A program made the position numbers and the translations under genes. A model generated the notes under the pieces. That model did not search any database and had not been told where the DNA came from. It saw nothing but the letters and a program-made list of their open reading frames with translations. A stretch of 62,792 nucleotides of DNA, counting the filler. It is 6 parts of 6 records of this genome, joined end to end, with 100 filler letters (N's around TTAATTAATTAA, not from the genome) between each part and the next. Parts side by side here need not be neighbours in the genome. Positions count along the whole stretch, not along the records: positions 1 to 25,730 come from SRR20825019_2887; 5 more parts are not named here. One strand, 5' to 3'. Shown here in pieces: positions 10,916 through 22,107 of the stretch (positions are counted from its first letter, which is position 1; each line of letters starts with the position of its first letter).

Positions 10916-11401
10916 ATGAAAAAAATTTTCTCCTTCCTCCTTGTAATGGCTAGTTTTACTGCTATTGCACAAAATGATTTACCAAATGTTGATATGACTA
11001 CCTTAGATGGTGAACCTATCAATTCGCAAACATTATCTACTGATGACAATGTTGTAATTGTTTCTTTATGGGCTACTTGGTGCGTACCTTGTATTAAAGA
11101 ATTGGATGCTATTAGTGAAGTATACACAGATTGGCAAGAAGAAACCAATGTTAAACTATACGCAGTCTCAATAGACGATAGCCGTGGTGTAAAACGTGTT
11201 AAACCTATGGTTAACGGAAAAGGCTGGGATTACACAGTATTGTTAGATACCAATAACGATTTTAAAAGAGCTGTTGGTGCAGCAACAGTACCCTTAACAC
11301 TATTAGTAAAAAACAATCAGATTGTTTATAGACATTCTGGTTACAGCCCAGGCGCTGAGATGGAACTTTATGAAAAAGTAAAGGAGTTCTCTAATAAATA
11401 A
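10916..11401 (+). CDS. TlpA family thiol-disulfide oxidoreductase
   Basis: Signal peptide from ATG 10916 (MKKIFSFLL...), WATWCVPCIKEL, VP cis-Pro loop. Confidence 0.92.
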   Translation: MKKIFSFLLVMASFTAIAQNDLPNVDMTTLDGEPINSQTLSTDDNVVIVSLWATWCVPCIKELDAISEVYTDWQEETNVKLYAVSIDDSRGVKRVKPMVNGKGWDYTVLLDTNNDFKRAVGAATVPLTLLVKNNQIVYRHSGYSPGAEMELYEKVKEFSNK

Positions 11402-11426
11402 ATTTCTTACCAACCAAATTTACAAA

Positions 11427-13085
11427 ATGAAAAAACTAATACTTGGAGCATTTATGCTTATAGGTGCAATCTCCTTTTCACAGAACAACGGTTACTTTTT
11501 TGGTGGCCTTGAATCTAACATGCAATGGCTTCAACCTGACGAAGGTCTTTCTTTTCCTGAAGGAAATGAATTTGAAGTTGGCCAATTTAGAGCTAATAAT
11601 TACTTCCAACTTAACTATTCTTACGGGAAATTTACAGCTGGAGTACAATATGAATCATATCTTCCAGCAGCTTTGCTAGGATATTCTCCAATCTGGGATG
11701 GTCAAAATGGTGTAGGGACATACTACATTAATTATAAAGACGACAAGCTTGATGTTACCGGAGGTTACTTCTACGAACAATTTGGTAGTGGTTTAATACT
11801 AAGAACATGGGAAGACCGCCAATTAGGCATAAACAATGGCTTAAAAGGTCTTCGCGTTAAATTCAATCCTACTGCAGATGTAGATATTACAGGGGTTTAC
11901 GGCCAAATAAGAAACGGATTTGATGTTTCTGAAGGTGTAATTCAAGGTTTAGATGCTAACTTAGATTTAAGTAGTGTTTTAAATATTGATGCTGTAGACT
12001 TAAAACTTGGTGGAAGTTATGTAGGTCGTTATCAATCTAATGATTCTAACGACTCTATACCTAAAGTAGTAAATGCTTATGGAGGAAGATTGGATTTTGT
12101 TGCAAACAACTTTTATGGTGGTGTTGAAGCAATTACAAAAGATTCAGATGTTATTGTAAACGAAGGTGTAATTACTTCTCCACAACTTTTTGATGGTACT
12201 GCACTTCAAGTAAACTTAGGGTATGCCCAAAAAGGTCTTGGAATCAATTCTACATTTAGAAGATTAGAAAATTTTAGTTTCTACTCAGACCGTTATGCAG
12301 AAGGAAATCAATTTAACGAACAAATAGTAAATTACATACCTGCAGTTACAAAACAGCACGATTATTTACTTTCAAACATATATGTGTATAATGCACAACC
12401 ACGTTTATTATTTAGCGATTCTGAAAAAAGAGCTGGGGAAATTGGCACTCAAGTAGATGTATATTATTCTTTCCCTAAGGAATCTACACTAGGAAAACTT
12501 GGCACTAAAGTAGCTGGAAACTTTTCATACTGGGCAGGTTTAGAAGCTACTTTCAATGTAGCTGACCAAACGTATGACGCTAAGTTTATTGGTGATGGCG
12601 AACGTTATTTCCGTGATTTAAATATTGAAATTAAAAACCGTTGGTCTTCAAAATGGAGCACTATAGCTACATTCCAAGATGTAATAATTGACAAAGCGGT
12701 TTCTAAAGGAGGTATTTTAGGTACTGAAGGCGACATTAGAGCTCAAATTGCAGTGGTTGAAGCAACACGTCGCTTTGAAGGCGGAAAAGCTTTACGTGCT
12801 GAATTGCAGCACCTATGGACATCAGATGATGATAAAAACTGGGCTGCAGGAGTATTAGAATATAATTTTAACTCTGCATTTACGATTTACGCAGCAGATT
12901 CTTGGAATTATGGAGGCGAAAAAGAACTTCATTATTACACTTTTGGTGGAAGCTTCTCAAAAGGTTCTACACGTTTTGCTTTAAATTATGGCCGTCAGCG
13001 TGGTGGTTTAATTTGTGTAGGTGGAGTATGTAGACTTGTTCCTTCAAGTACAGGATTAACTGCAAGCTTAGCTGTTACTTTTTAA
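11427..13085 (+). CDS. DUF6029 family predicted outer-membrane beta-barrel protein
   Basis: Signal peptide, G.FYEQFGSGLILR, C-terminal YGRQRGGLICVGGVCR, terminal Phe. Confidence 0.85.
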   Translation: MKKLILGAFMLIGAISFSQNNGYFFGGLESNMQWLQPDEGLSFPEGNEFEVGQFRANNYFQLNYSYGKFTAGVQYESYLPAALLGYSPIWDGQNGVGTYYINYKDDKLDVTGGYFYEQFGSGLILRTWEDRQLGINNGLKGLRVKFNPTADVDITGVYGQIRNGFDVSEGVIQGLDANLDLSSVLNIDAVDLKLGGSYVGRYQSNDSNDSIPKVVNAYGGRLDFVANNFYGGVEAITKDSDVIVNEGVITSPQLFDGTALQVNLGYAQKGLGINSTFRRLENFSFYSDRYAEGNQFNEQIVNYIPAVTKQHDYLLSNIYVYNAQPRLLFSDSEKRAGEIGTQVDVYYSFPKESTLGKLGTKVAGNFSYWAGLEATFNVADQTYDAKFIGDGERYFRDLNIEIKNRWSSKWSTIATFQDVIIDKAVSKGGILGTEGDIRAQIAVVEATRRFEGGKALRAELQHLWTSDDDKNWAAGVLEYNFNSAFTIYAADSWNYGGEKELHYYTFGGSFSKGSTRFALNYGRQRGGLICVGGVCRLVPSSTGLTASLAVTF

Positions 13086-13103
13086 GAAACAACTTTTAAC
13101 TAT

Positions 13104-13139
13104 AAAAAAATGCCCCGAAGAAAACTTCGGGGCATTTTT
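13104..13139. terminator. Bidirectional intrinsic terminator
   Basis: aaaaaaatgccccgaag-aaaa-cttcggggcattttt between convergent genes. Confidence 0.9.
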
Positions 13140-13159
13140 AGTATAAGCAATTTTTAAAA

Positions 13160-13894
13160 TTACTTAACAACAATCTTTGTAGTTTGTGTAGCGCCTCTTT
13201 CGTTATTAAATCTAACAATATATGCTTGTGAACTTAAATCAGACATATTAACTGCTTGACGACCAATTTCGAAACGAGCTTGTTTTACAACTCTTCCTTG
13301 AAGATCGTAAACCACCATACTTACTGGTTCATTAACATTCAATACCAATTCATTAGAAACAACCGTTGACTGAATTGTTAAATTAAGTTTACTATTTTCC
13401 TCAACACCTAATGTTGGGTTATAACGGTATGTAAAAGTTAAAGGAGTACCTATTTCAGTAACTCCATCCGCTTCATACTGGTGAAAAGCAAAAGTAAAGT
13501 CCAAAATATCAGTTCCATTTCCAGGTCCAAAATTTAAAAAGTGGTTTCCTTCTCCAGTAGTTTCACCAACACCTATTGGAAATACCTGTGGGGCTGTAGG
13601 TAATGTTTGACCTACCGTCAAACCTGTGTAACATTGTAAAGCATAACAAAGTTCGAAAAATTCACCTGTAGCATTTACGGCGCTTACAAATTCAATTCTT
13701 GTATAAATCTCATCCGTAGGATTGTCGTTAGTAACAAAAAAATCATAATTAGCACCTGAGTTGTACCCAAATGTTCCATATTCTTTAACGTCACCTTCTT
13801 GAAGTTCTACTCCATTGTGATCAGTTACTGTGTACTGTGCATTTGCAATAGCAACTGAACCAAGTACAGTTAAAAAAAGTAATTTAAGTTTCAT
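13160..13894 (-). CDS. T9SS type A sorting domain protein
   Basis: Signal peptide; C-terminal YDLQGR...LSSQAYIVR...KIVVK; internal ELCYALQC. Confidence 0.85.
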   Translation of the reverse strand: MKLKLLFLTVLGSVAIANAQYTVTDHNGVELQEGDVKEYGTFGYNSGANYDFFVTNDNPTDEIYTRIEFVSAVNATGEFFELCYALQCYTGLTVGQTLPTAPQVFPIGVGETTGEGNHFLNFGPGNGTDILDFTFAFHQYEADGVTEIGTPLTFTYRYNPTLGVEENSKLNLTIQSTVVSNELVLNVNEPVSMVVYDLQGRVVKQARFEIGRQAVNMSDLSSQAYIVRFNNERGATQTTKIVVK

Positions 13895-14240
13895 TTTTTT
13901 AGTTTTTAGGGTTAATCTTAAGTTATACTAAGTAAAGCAAAAGTAAAGATAATATTTAAAAAACATCATCTCTTTAAATATTCTATTCCAGATATTTAAC
14001 ATTTAACTACATTATTGGCAAATAAAAATACAGCTAAGCATCATTTATATGCTTTTTTTTAAAAAAAATTATTACTTTTAAAAATTCGTTAAAGTTTAGA
14101 AAATTTAAAACCTTACAAAAACATAATAAGAATTTAACGAATTTAAGCTAAAAAATTGTATTTCAATTGATTAAACTTAAAATAAAAAAAGTATATTTGT
14201 TACAAACTTTAATATTCACCAACTATTTAAATCTAAAATC

Positions 14241-15926
14241 ATGTTAAAAAAACTACCCCTTAGCTTAGTTCTTGCATTTTTTGCTTTTGCTACTTATGGA
14301 CAAACAATTGTCTCGACCTCCCCTCAGAACAAAAATGTTGTTCTTGAAGAATTCACAGGTATTCACTGTACTTATTGCCCAGACGGGCATCGAATTGCTA
14401 ATGAAATACTAGCCGCTAATCCGGGTCGCGTTGTATTAATTAATATCCACGTTGGTGGTTATGCTGTTCCAGGTGCTGGCGAACCAGACTTTAGAACACC
14501 TTATGGAACCGCTATTGTTGGGCAAACAGGCTTAACAGGTTACCCAGCAGGAACAATAAACAGACATGTTTTTCCTGGAAGAGAAAATACTTCAGGCGGA
14601 ACTAGCATGTATCGAAACTTTTGGAACATTTCTTCAACTGAAACATTAGCGCAAGGCTCTCCTGTTAATGTTGGAATTAAAGCTTCTATTGACGTAAACA
14701 CAAATGTTCTTACAATTGATGTTGAAGGATACTATACCGCAAACAGCCCAGAAGCTACTAACTTTTTAAATGTAGCTTTATTACAAAACAACACCAAAGG
14801 TCCTCAAACTGGTGGTGGAGCAGGAAACAACTACAACCATAATCACCGTTTAGTTGAAATGATTACTGGCCAATGGGGTGAAATAATCAACACAACTACT
14901 ACAGGTACATTTGTTGATCGTTCATATACTTACACCATTCCAGCAAACTACAATGGTGTAGCAACCGAACTTGCAGATATGCAAGTAGCTGCTTTTATAA
15001 CAAACACTCGTCAAGAAGTTCCTAGCGGACATACTGCATACCCAACATACACAGGTCTTACTCATAACAATGATGCAAACCTTAGATCAATTTCTGAAAT
15101 ACCTGCTACTTGTGATACGAACGTAGCTCCTGTGGTAAATGTTCAAAACTTAGGAACAAATGCCATTACATCTATGGCAATTGAATACACTATTAATGGC
15201 GTTGCAAATACCTATAACTGGACTGGAAACATCATGTCTCTTCACAGTGAAACAATTGAACTTCCTGAAGTACCTTATACAATGCAAGGAACTAATAACG
15301 TAACAATAAGCTTACCTGGAGATGACAATAACGCTAACAACAGCGCAACTACAACCTTCGATCAAGCTCCTGCAGGAACTGGTAATGTAACAATGGTAAT
15401 GGAAGTTGATAGCCGTGGAAGTGATGTAAGATGGTATGTTTACGACTCTAACGGTACATCTGTTTATCGTGGTGGACCATATCCAAACGGTAGCCCTCAA
15501 ACAATTACTGAATCATTTCAATTAGCAGCAGACTGCTACGAATTCAGAATTCTTGACACTGCAAGTAATGGTGGTGGTGAAATAACAATAACTGACAACC
15601 AAGGAACTCCGTTATACCACACAACTGGTAACTATGGCAATGGTGAAAGCTCTCCTTTCTCTAGTAATGGTGTATTAGGAGTAAACCAAAATCAACTTGA
15701 TAATGTTCGTTTATATCCAAACCCTGCAACTTCAACAATCAATTTGAAAAATGCAGAAAATGCTAATATTGAAGTATATGATATTCTTGGAAAATTAATC
15801 CTTTCTGAAAATAATATTTCAATGGATGCTCAAATAAACGTTGCTCAGTTACAAGCTGGAACTTACTTTATGAAGATTGCTAAAGACAATCAGTTAACTA
15901 CCAAAAAGTTCTTGGTTGTTAAATAA
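14241..15926 (+). CDS. Omp28-related protein with T9SS type A C-terminal domain
   Basis: VVLEEFTGIHCTYCPDGH, GYPAG, HNHRL; C-terminal YPNPA...YDILGK...GTYF...KFLVVK. Confidence 0.88.
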   Translation: MLKKLPLSLVLAFFAFATYGQTIVSTSPQNKNVVLEEFTGIHCTYCPDGHRIANEILAANPGRVVLINIHVGGYAVPGAGEPDFRTPYGTAIVGQTGLTGYPAGTINRHVFPGRENTSGGTSMYRNFWNISSTETLAQGSPVNVGIKASIDVNTNVLTIDVEGYYTANSPEATNFLNVALLQNNTKGPQTGGGAGNNYNHNHRLVEMITGQWGEIINTTTTGTFVDRSYTYTIPANYNGVATELADMQVAAFITNTRQEVPSGHTAYPTYTGLTHNNDANLRSISEIPATCDTNVAPVVNVQNLGTNAITSMAIEYTINGVANTYNWTGNIMSLHSETIELPEVPYTMQGTNNVTISLPGDDNNANNSATTTFDQAPAGTGNVTMVMEVDSRGSDVRWYVYDSNGTSVYRGGPYPNGSPQTITESFQLAADCYEFRILDTASNGGGEITITDNQGTPLYHTTGNYGNGESSPFSSNGVLGVNQNQLDNVRLYPNPATSTINLKNAENANIEVYDILGKLILSENNISMDAQINVAQLQAGTYFMKIAKDNQLTTKKFLVVK

Positions 15927-15948
15927 TAAAGCCTTTACATATTTAAAG

Positions 15949-15973
15949 AACCCCGACTCGTTCGGGGTTTTTT
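15949..15973. terminator. Intrinsic terminator
   Basis: aaccccga-ctcgt-tcggggtt followed by T-run. Confidence 0.8.
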
Positions 15974-15978
15974 ATTAA

Positions 15979-16608
15979 TTATCCTTTGTATTTTAATGGA
16001 AGATGCACTACACTTTTAGTCTCATAAAAGTTTTCTGTAAAAATTTCGCTTAGAGGATATATGGTTGCCTTTGGGTAAAGCTTCAATTCTTCAGTCAAAT
16101 CGCCCCCCTTTAAATACAGAATACCATTTTTTAGCTCATGATTACTTTTTTTCGCCACTTTCCCATTAATCCAATGCACAAATGTATCCATCTGCGCAAC
16201 GGCACGGCTTACTATAAAATCATATTTTCCAGAAACCTCCTCTACTCGAGCATTCGTAGCTTTTACATTTTTAATTTCTAAACCAGCAACAACCTCCTCT
16301 ACTACTTTTATTTTTTTCCCAATGCTATCTACAAGATGAAACTGGACATCAGGATATAAAATAGCTAGTGGAATTCCTGGAAATCCACCGCCAGTACCAA
16401 CATCTAATATGTTAGATCCAGGAAGAAATGATTGAATTTTTGCAATTCCAAGTGAATGCAAAACATGACGAAGGTAAAGCTCATCAATATCCTTACGAGA
16501 AACTACATTTATCTTCAAATTCCAATCTTCATATAGGCTCTGAAGAAGTTCAAATTGATGCTTTTGAATATCAGTAAGTTGAGGAAAATATTTTTGTATC
16601 AGTTCCAT
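15979..16608 (-). CDS. rsmG: 16S rRNA m7G527 methyltransferase RsmG
   Basis: WNLKINVVSR, HVLHSL, DVGTGGGFPGIPLA, VSRAVA, LKGG. Confidence 0.95.
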   Translation of the reverse strand: MELIQKYFPQLTDIQKHQFELLQSLYEDWNLKINVVSRKDIDELYLRHVLHSLGIAKIQSFLPGSNILDVGTGGGFPGIPLAILYPDVQFHLVDSIGKKIKVVEEVVAGLEIKNVKATNARVEEVSGKYDFIVSRAVAQMDTFVHWINGKVAKKSNHELKNGILYLKGGDLTEELKLYPKATIYPLSEIFTENFYETKSVVHLPLKYKG

Positions 16609-16735
16609 AAAATTTTTTCAGCTACAAAAGTAGGACATCTTCTATAAATTTATGGTTTTCAACCGCTACTTTTACGCAAAAGATGACTATTTTTGTAGTT
16701 TTCATGGTGAAAAACCACCGTTAAACTTTTTCAAA

Positions 16736-17836
16736 TTGAATTATACAAATCTAACCTTTTCACGAATTGACAGCGCTAAGTTCTTTAGAACATTGAACAA
16801 ACGCGTAAACGATTATTTTAAGGATAATAATCTATCCCGCACAGGAAACTGGAGGTTACACGTGAAAACTATTATCATGTTTTCAATTTACCTAACCCCG
16901 TATTTTTTATTGCTTGCACTAGATGTTCCTGGTTGGGTACAATTAATACTAACAGTTATTATGGGTATTGGCATGGCTGGCGTAGGAATGAACGTTATGC
17001 ACGATGCAAACCATGGAGCTTATTCATCTAAAAAATGGGTAAATAAAGTTATGGGGGGTAGCATGTACATACTTGCTGGCAATGTGTATAATTGGCAAGT
17101 ACAACACAATGTTTTACACCATACCTACACAAATATTCATGGACATGATGAAGATTTAGAGGCTGGACGTATTCTTCGTTTTTCCAAACATTCAAAGTGG
17201 CATAAACTTCATAAGTTTCAACATATTTATAGCATTTTCTTTTATGGTTTATTGACTTTTAATTGGGTGCTAACCACAGATTATTTTCAAACTAAAAGGT
17301 ATTTAGCACGTAAACTTTCCTACGGAAAACTACCAAAGCCAGCAACCCAGTGGAGTATTTTAGTTATTACTAAAATGATTTATTTATCACTTTGGATTGT
17401 AATTCCAATTTTATTTTTTAACATAGTTTGGTGGAAAATTTTAATCGGGTTCTTTATCATGCATTATGTGGCTGGAATTATTCTGAGTGTAGTTTTTCAA
17501 CTTGCACATGTAGTTGAAGGTTCAGAAATATTACTTCCAGACACCAGCGGAACCATGAAAAATACGTGGGCAATTCACCAATTATTTACAACCGTAAATT
17601 TTTCAACAAATAATAGAATCGTAAATTGGTATACAGGTGGCTTGAACCATCAGGTGGAGCATCATATTTTCCCAAATATTAGCCACATCCACTATACTAA
17701 TATTTCAAAAATTGTAAAAAACACCACAAAAGAGTTTAACCTACCTTACAAAGAATATAAAACTACACGCAAGGCAATTATGGCACATTTTCGTCATTTA
17801 AAAGAAATGGGGCTTAAACCAACCGTACCTGCATAA
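16736..17836 (+). CDS. Fatty acid (acyl-CoA) desaturase
   Basis: His boxes HDANH, HNVLHH, HQVEHH. Start placed at TTG 16736 because a TAnnTTTG promoter element (16688-16695) lies inside the longer ORF extension. Confidence 0.9.
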   Translation: MNYTNLTFSRIDSAKFFRTLNKRVNDYFKDNNLSRTGNWRLHVKTIIMFSIYLTPYFLLLALDVPGWVQLILTVIMGIGMAGVGMNVMHDANHGAYSSKKWVNKVMGGSMYILAGNVYNWQVQHNVLHHTYTNIHGHDEDLEAGRILRFSKHSKWHKLHKFQHIYSIFFYGLLTFNWVLTTDYFQTKRYLARKLSYGKLPKPATQWSILVITKMIYLSLWIVIPILFFNIVWWKILIGFFIMHYVAGIILSVVFQLAHVVEGSEILLPDTSGTMKNTWAIHQLFTTVNFSTNNRIVNWYTGGLNHQVEHHIFPNISHIHYTNISKIVKNTTKEFNLPYKEYKTTRKAIMAHFRHLKEMGLKPTVPA

Positions 17837-17841
17837 TTAAT

Positions 17842-19035
17842 ATGGATAAAAGACTTTCAACACGAGTGAACGAAATGGCAACTTCGGCCACTTTGGCAAT
17901 GGCAGCCAAAACAAGAGAACTAAAAGAACAAGGTATTGACGTCATAGGCTTAAGCCTGGGAGAGCCAGATTTTCCAGTTCCAGATTATGTAAAGCAAGCA
18001 GCCATCCAAGCAATTGAAGACAACTATCACTCCTACACTCCTGTAGATGGATATGGCGACTTAAAGAAAGCTATAATTACAAAATTTAAACGAGACAATA
18101 ATCTTACCTATACGCCATCCCAAATAGTAGTTTCTACTGGTGCAAAACAATCCTTGGCAAATTTAACAATGGTGCTTTTAAATGAAGGTGACGAAGTATT
18201 GTTGCCAGCTCCATATTGGGTTAGCTACGCAGACCAATGTAAAGTTGCTGGCGGCATACCGAAAGAAATTGCTACCTCAATAGAAACGGATTTTAAAGTT
18301 ACAGCCGAAGCCCTTGAAGCTGCGATAACGCCAAAAACCAAGCTTATAATTTATAGTTCTCCTTGCAATCCTAGCGGATCTGTTTATAGCAAAAAAGAAC
18401 TGCGAAAATTGGCTGATGTTTTAGTTAAATATCCAAACATCATTGTTATTAGTGATGAAATCTACGAGCACATAAACTTTGGGTCAGGCCATGCTTCTAT
18501 GGCTGAATTTGATGACATGTATGACCGTACCGTAGTTGTAAATGGTGTTTCAAAAGCATTTTCAATGACAGGTTGGAGAATTGGATACATTGGCGGCCCA
18601 GAGTGGATTGCCCGAGCCTGCAATAAAATGCAAGGACAAGTAACCAGTGGAACAAACTGTATAGCACAACGCGCTACAATTACTGCTTTAGAAAACCCTC
18701 CAAGTAAAATAAAATTTATGGTGGACGCTTTTAAAGAAAGACGCACCCTAATATTAAAATTACTTTCTGAAATTAATGGTTTTAAAACCAATGTACCTGA
18801 AGGTGCTTTTTATGTTTTTCCTGATGTATCCTATTTCTTCGGAAAAACATTACGTGGAAAAAATATAAACACAGCTTCTGATTTTTCATTATACCTTTTG
18901 GAAGAAGCCAAAGTTGCTACCGTTACTGGTGAAGCGTTTGGCGACCCAAATTGCATACGAATATCATATGCCACCTCCGAATCAGAAATTAAAGAAGCTA
19001 TGAAACGTGTTAAAGCTTCTTTAGACCAAGTATAA
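17842..19035 (+). CDS. PLP-dependent class I (aspartate-type) aminotransferase
   Basis: GEPDF, PYWVSY, PCNPSG, SDEIY, SKAFSMTGWRIGY. Confidence 0.93.
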   Translation: MDKRLSTRVNEMATSATLAMAAKTRELKEQGIDVIGLSLGEPDFPVPDYVKQAAIQAIEDNYHSYTPVDGYGDLKKAIITKFKRDNNLTYTPSQIVVSTGAKQSLANLTMVLLNEGDEVLLPAPYWVSYADQCKVAGGIPKEIATSIETDFKVTAEALEAAITPKTKLIIYSSPCNPSGSVYSKKELRKLADVLVKYPNIIVISDEIYEHINFGSGHASMAEFDDMYDRTVVVNGVSKAFSMTGWRIGYIGGPEWIARACNKMQGQVTSGTNCIAQRATITALENPPSKIKFMVDAFKERRTLILKLLSEINGFKTNVPEGAFYVFPDVSYFFGKTLRGKNINTASDFSLYLLEEAKVATVTGEAFGDPNCIRISYATSESEIKEAMKRVKASLDQV

Positions 19036-19096
19036 TCTATTTTTTATCAGTATTTTAGACACTTATCTATTTTTAATTCTAAAACCAACCTATTCA

Positions 19097-22009
19097 ATGA
19101 AAACTAAGTTTACTTTAATTCTAATTTTCTTCGCTTTTATTTTTCAGATACAAGCGCAAGAAAAAACAAAAGCCACTCTTGTGGGCACAGTAGGCTCGAT
19201 GGTTCACGTTCCATCTATTGCCTCTCAGACCGACCTAGCTCCAGCTAGAGTAAAAGAACGTGTAATGCAAGACGGAAGAGCTTCCAAAAATTTAATTATC
19301 CCCGGAAAAGATCCTCAAATTGAAGACGATTATTTTGTGAGAAATCCTGACAAAATGGAGCAAGTACTTAGCGGAAAAGCACCTTCTTTAGTTTTTGATG
19401 CAGCTGCATCAAACTCACAACCTACCGACCCTTCCATAGGCGTTGGTCCAAATCATGTAATTGTAGTGTTTAACACAGGGTTCCGAATTTTTGATAAAAG
19501 CGGAAACCCTTTAACTGGACAGGTAAGCCCTAATCCAACTATTTTTCCAAATGGAGGATGTTGCGACCTTACAGTTTCATATGATAATGCAGCAGATAGA
19601 TTTGTATTAACATTCTTAGGAAGTGGAGCGCAAGTAGCTGTTTCCGATGGTCCTGATCCAATAAATGATGGCTGGTATGTTTATAATATTCCACAAATTA
19701 ATGACTATCAAAAACTTTCAGTTTGGAGTGATGGTTATTACATGACAGACAATACCACTGCTTCAAATAGAATTTACGCAATGGAGAGAACTAAAATGCT
19801 TGCTGGTGATGCTTCAGCACAAATAGTTGGTTTCCCTTTACCAGGCATTGTAACAAGTGGTTTTTATAGCCCTCAAGCTTTAAATGTAACAAATGATGAT
19901 TTACCAGCTGCTGGTGGATTACCAATCATATACTTACAAGATGATGCATGGAGTGGAGTAACTCAAGATCACGTAAAAATATGGACAGTAGATGTAGACT
20001 GGGCTACACCTGGAAACTCAACTATTTCAGCTCCAGTAGAATTAACAACCACTCCATTTATCTCAGTATTCGACAACGGTAGCTTTGTAAATTTAGCACA
20101 ACCAGGTGGCGGTGCTTCAATCGATGCCCTTCAAGCTACTATAATGAACCAAGCGCAATTTAGAAAATTTGGAAGTCACAACTCAGCAGTATTCAACTTT
20201 GTGGTTGATACGGATGCAACAGGTGGCGAACTTGCTGGAATAAGATGGTTTGAACTAAGACAAGCAGGCGATGGACAACCTTGGTCAATATACCAAGAAG
20301 GAACCTATACTTCCCCTGATGGAAAACACGCTTGGCATGCAAGTATGATGATGGATGTACAAGGAAATATTGGTATGGGTTATACTTCAATGGCTGGACC
20401 AACTACCCCAAATCCAACAACTAAAAGAGTAAGTTCATATTACACAGGTCGTTTTGCAAATGACCCCTTAAACACAATGACAATTAGCGAAGAATTAATT
20501 GCTGAAGGAAATCAAAATATTCCAGGAACACGTTATGGAGATTATAGTAAAATAGACCTTGATCCAGTAAATGGAAAGGAATTCTGGTTTATAAACGAAT
20601 ACATGAACAGCGGGAGAAAAGATGTTGTTGGTGTTTTCCAAATTGCTCCTAATTTTAACGATGATGTTGGTGTGGTAAGTATAGATTCTCCAGTAACAGG
20701 AACACTTTCAAATAGTGAAACCGTTACCGTTACTATTTTTAATTACGGTCAAAATAGCGCCTCAAACATTCCTGTTACATTTCAAGTGGATGGTGGCCCA
20801 GTTATTTCTGAAACATATACAGGAACAATTGCTTCCGCTACAACAGCTCAATATACTTTTACCGCAACTGCAAATCTTGGTACTGTTGGTCAAACGTATT
20901 CAATAATGGCTGAAACAAATATGGTTGGTGATGAAGACACAACAAATGACGGCCGTACAAAATCAGTTACTTATTTACAACCAAATGATATTGGCGTAAC
21001 AGCTATTTCATCTCCAGTTTCTGGAACTGATTTAACAGCTACTGAAGCCATTGTAATTACAATAAACAACTTCGGGGGTGCTTCACAATCTAATTTTGAC
21101 GTTTCTTATGATTTAGACGGAACAGTAGTTACTGAAGTAGTTGCAGGACCATTAGCTGGAAACTCATCAACAACATACACTTTCACTCAAACTGGAGATT
21201 TCTCTGCCCTTGGAAGTTACAATTTAAGCGCTACCACTTCTTTACCTGGTGATAGCGACACTACCAACGATTCAACTTCAGTAGTAATTACAAAACAAAA
21301 CTGCCAGCCAGTTGGTGACTGTTCGTTTGGGGATGGCTTTAGACTCTTTCAATTAACAGACATAAACAACCCTTCTGCTTGTGAAGGGTATGGTGATTTC
21401 ACACACCTTATTGCTGGAATGGAGCAAGACTCAACTAACGACTTAACTATTACAACAGGTTATGGCGATCAGTTTATCCGTGTTTGGATTGACTTTAATG
21501 ACGATTTTATTTTCACAACAGATGAAATCGTAGTCGATAATATTGAAATTGCTTCCGGGCAAGGTAGCGGCACATTTACAATAACAACAGATTTAGTAAT
21601 TCCAGCAGGTGCAGCACTTGGTCAACATTTAATGCGTGCAAAATCTAACTGGGACGGACCTGTACCAAATGATGCATGTGAAGAAACAAATTTTGGCGAA
21701 ACTGAAGATTATACCGCGCAGATTGGAACACTAGGCGTTAATGACAGCATTTTTGACGAAAACGGCCTGACAGTTTTAACATTAGAAAATAATAACTTCG
21801 ACATTAGCTTAAAAACAAAAAACTATTCAGAGTCTATGACCTTAACAGTTCACAATACACTTGGACAAAGATTATTGTTCACCAAATTGGAGAATAATGG
21901 CGATGGTTATAACTACAAGTTAAACATGGGCTATGTTGCCAAAGGAGTTTATTTGGTTCGCATAGGAAACAAAGAAAACGGAAGAGTAAAACGAATTATC
22001 GTGAAATAA
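19097..22009 (+). CDS. Large secreted T9SS cargo protein with CARDB-like Ig repeats and GEVED domain
   Basis: PTDP..GVGPNH, RYGDY, two DVGV/DIGV Ig-like repeats, VWIDFNDD...GETEDY, T9SS tail. Confidence 0.8.
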   Translation: MKTKFTLILIFFAFIFQIQAQEKTKATLVGTVGSMVHVPSIASQTDLAPARVKERVMQDGRASKNLIIPGKDPQIEDDYFVRNPDKMEQVLSGKAPSLVFDAAASNSQPTDPSIGVGPNHVIVVFNTGFRIFDKSGNPLTGQVSPNPTIFPNGGCCDLTVSYDNAADRFVLTFLGSGAQVAVSDGPDPINDGWYVYNIPQINDYQKLSVWSDGYYMTDNTTASNRIYAMERTKMLAGDASAQIVGFPLPGIVTSGFYSPQALNVTNDDLPAAGGLPIIYLQDDAWSGVTQDHVKIWTVDVDWATPGNSTISAPVELTTTPFISVFDNGSFVNLAQPGGGASIDALQATIMNQAQFRKFGSHNSAVFNFVVDTDATGGELAGIRWFELRQAGDGQPWSIYQEGTYTSPDGKHAWHASMMMDVQGNIGMGYTSMAGPTTPNPTTKRVSSYYTGRFANDPLNTMTISEELIAEGNQNIPGTRYGDYSKIDLDPVNGKEFWFINEYMNSGRKDVVGVFQIAPNFNDDVGVVSIDSPVTGTLSNSETVTVTIFNYGQNSASNIPVTFQVDGGPVISETYTGTIASATTAQYTFTATANLGTVGQTYSIMAETNMVGDEDTTNDGRTKSVTYLQPNDIGVTAISSPVSGTDLTATEAIVITINNFGGASQSNFDVSYDLDGTVVTEVVAGPLAGNSSTTYTFTQTGDFSALGSYNLSATTSLPGDSDTTNDSTSVVITKQNCQPVGDCSFGDGFRLFQLTDINNPSACEGYGDFTHLIAGMEQDSTNDLTITTGYGDQFIRVWIDFNDDFIFTTDEIVVDNIEIASGQGSGTFTITTDLVIPAGAALGQHLMRAKSNWDGPVPNDACEETNFGETEDYTAQIGTLGVNDSIFDENGLTVLTLENNNFDISLKTKNYSESMTLTVHNTLGQRLLFTKLENNGDGYNYKLNMGYVAKGVYLVRIGNKENGRVKRIIVK

Positions 22010-22031
22010 TCTCGATTAATTTTCTTTTTAG

Positions 22032-22068
22032 AAAAACCCAAAGCACTTTATACTGCTTTGGGTTTTTT
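22032..22068 (+). terminator. Intrinsic terminator
   Basis: aaaaacccaaagca...tgctttgggtttttt. Confidence 0.85.
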
Positions 22069-22107
22069 CATGAAATCAATTGCTGTATTTTTACAAAAAA
22101 ATATAAA

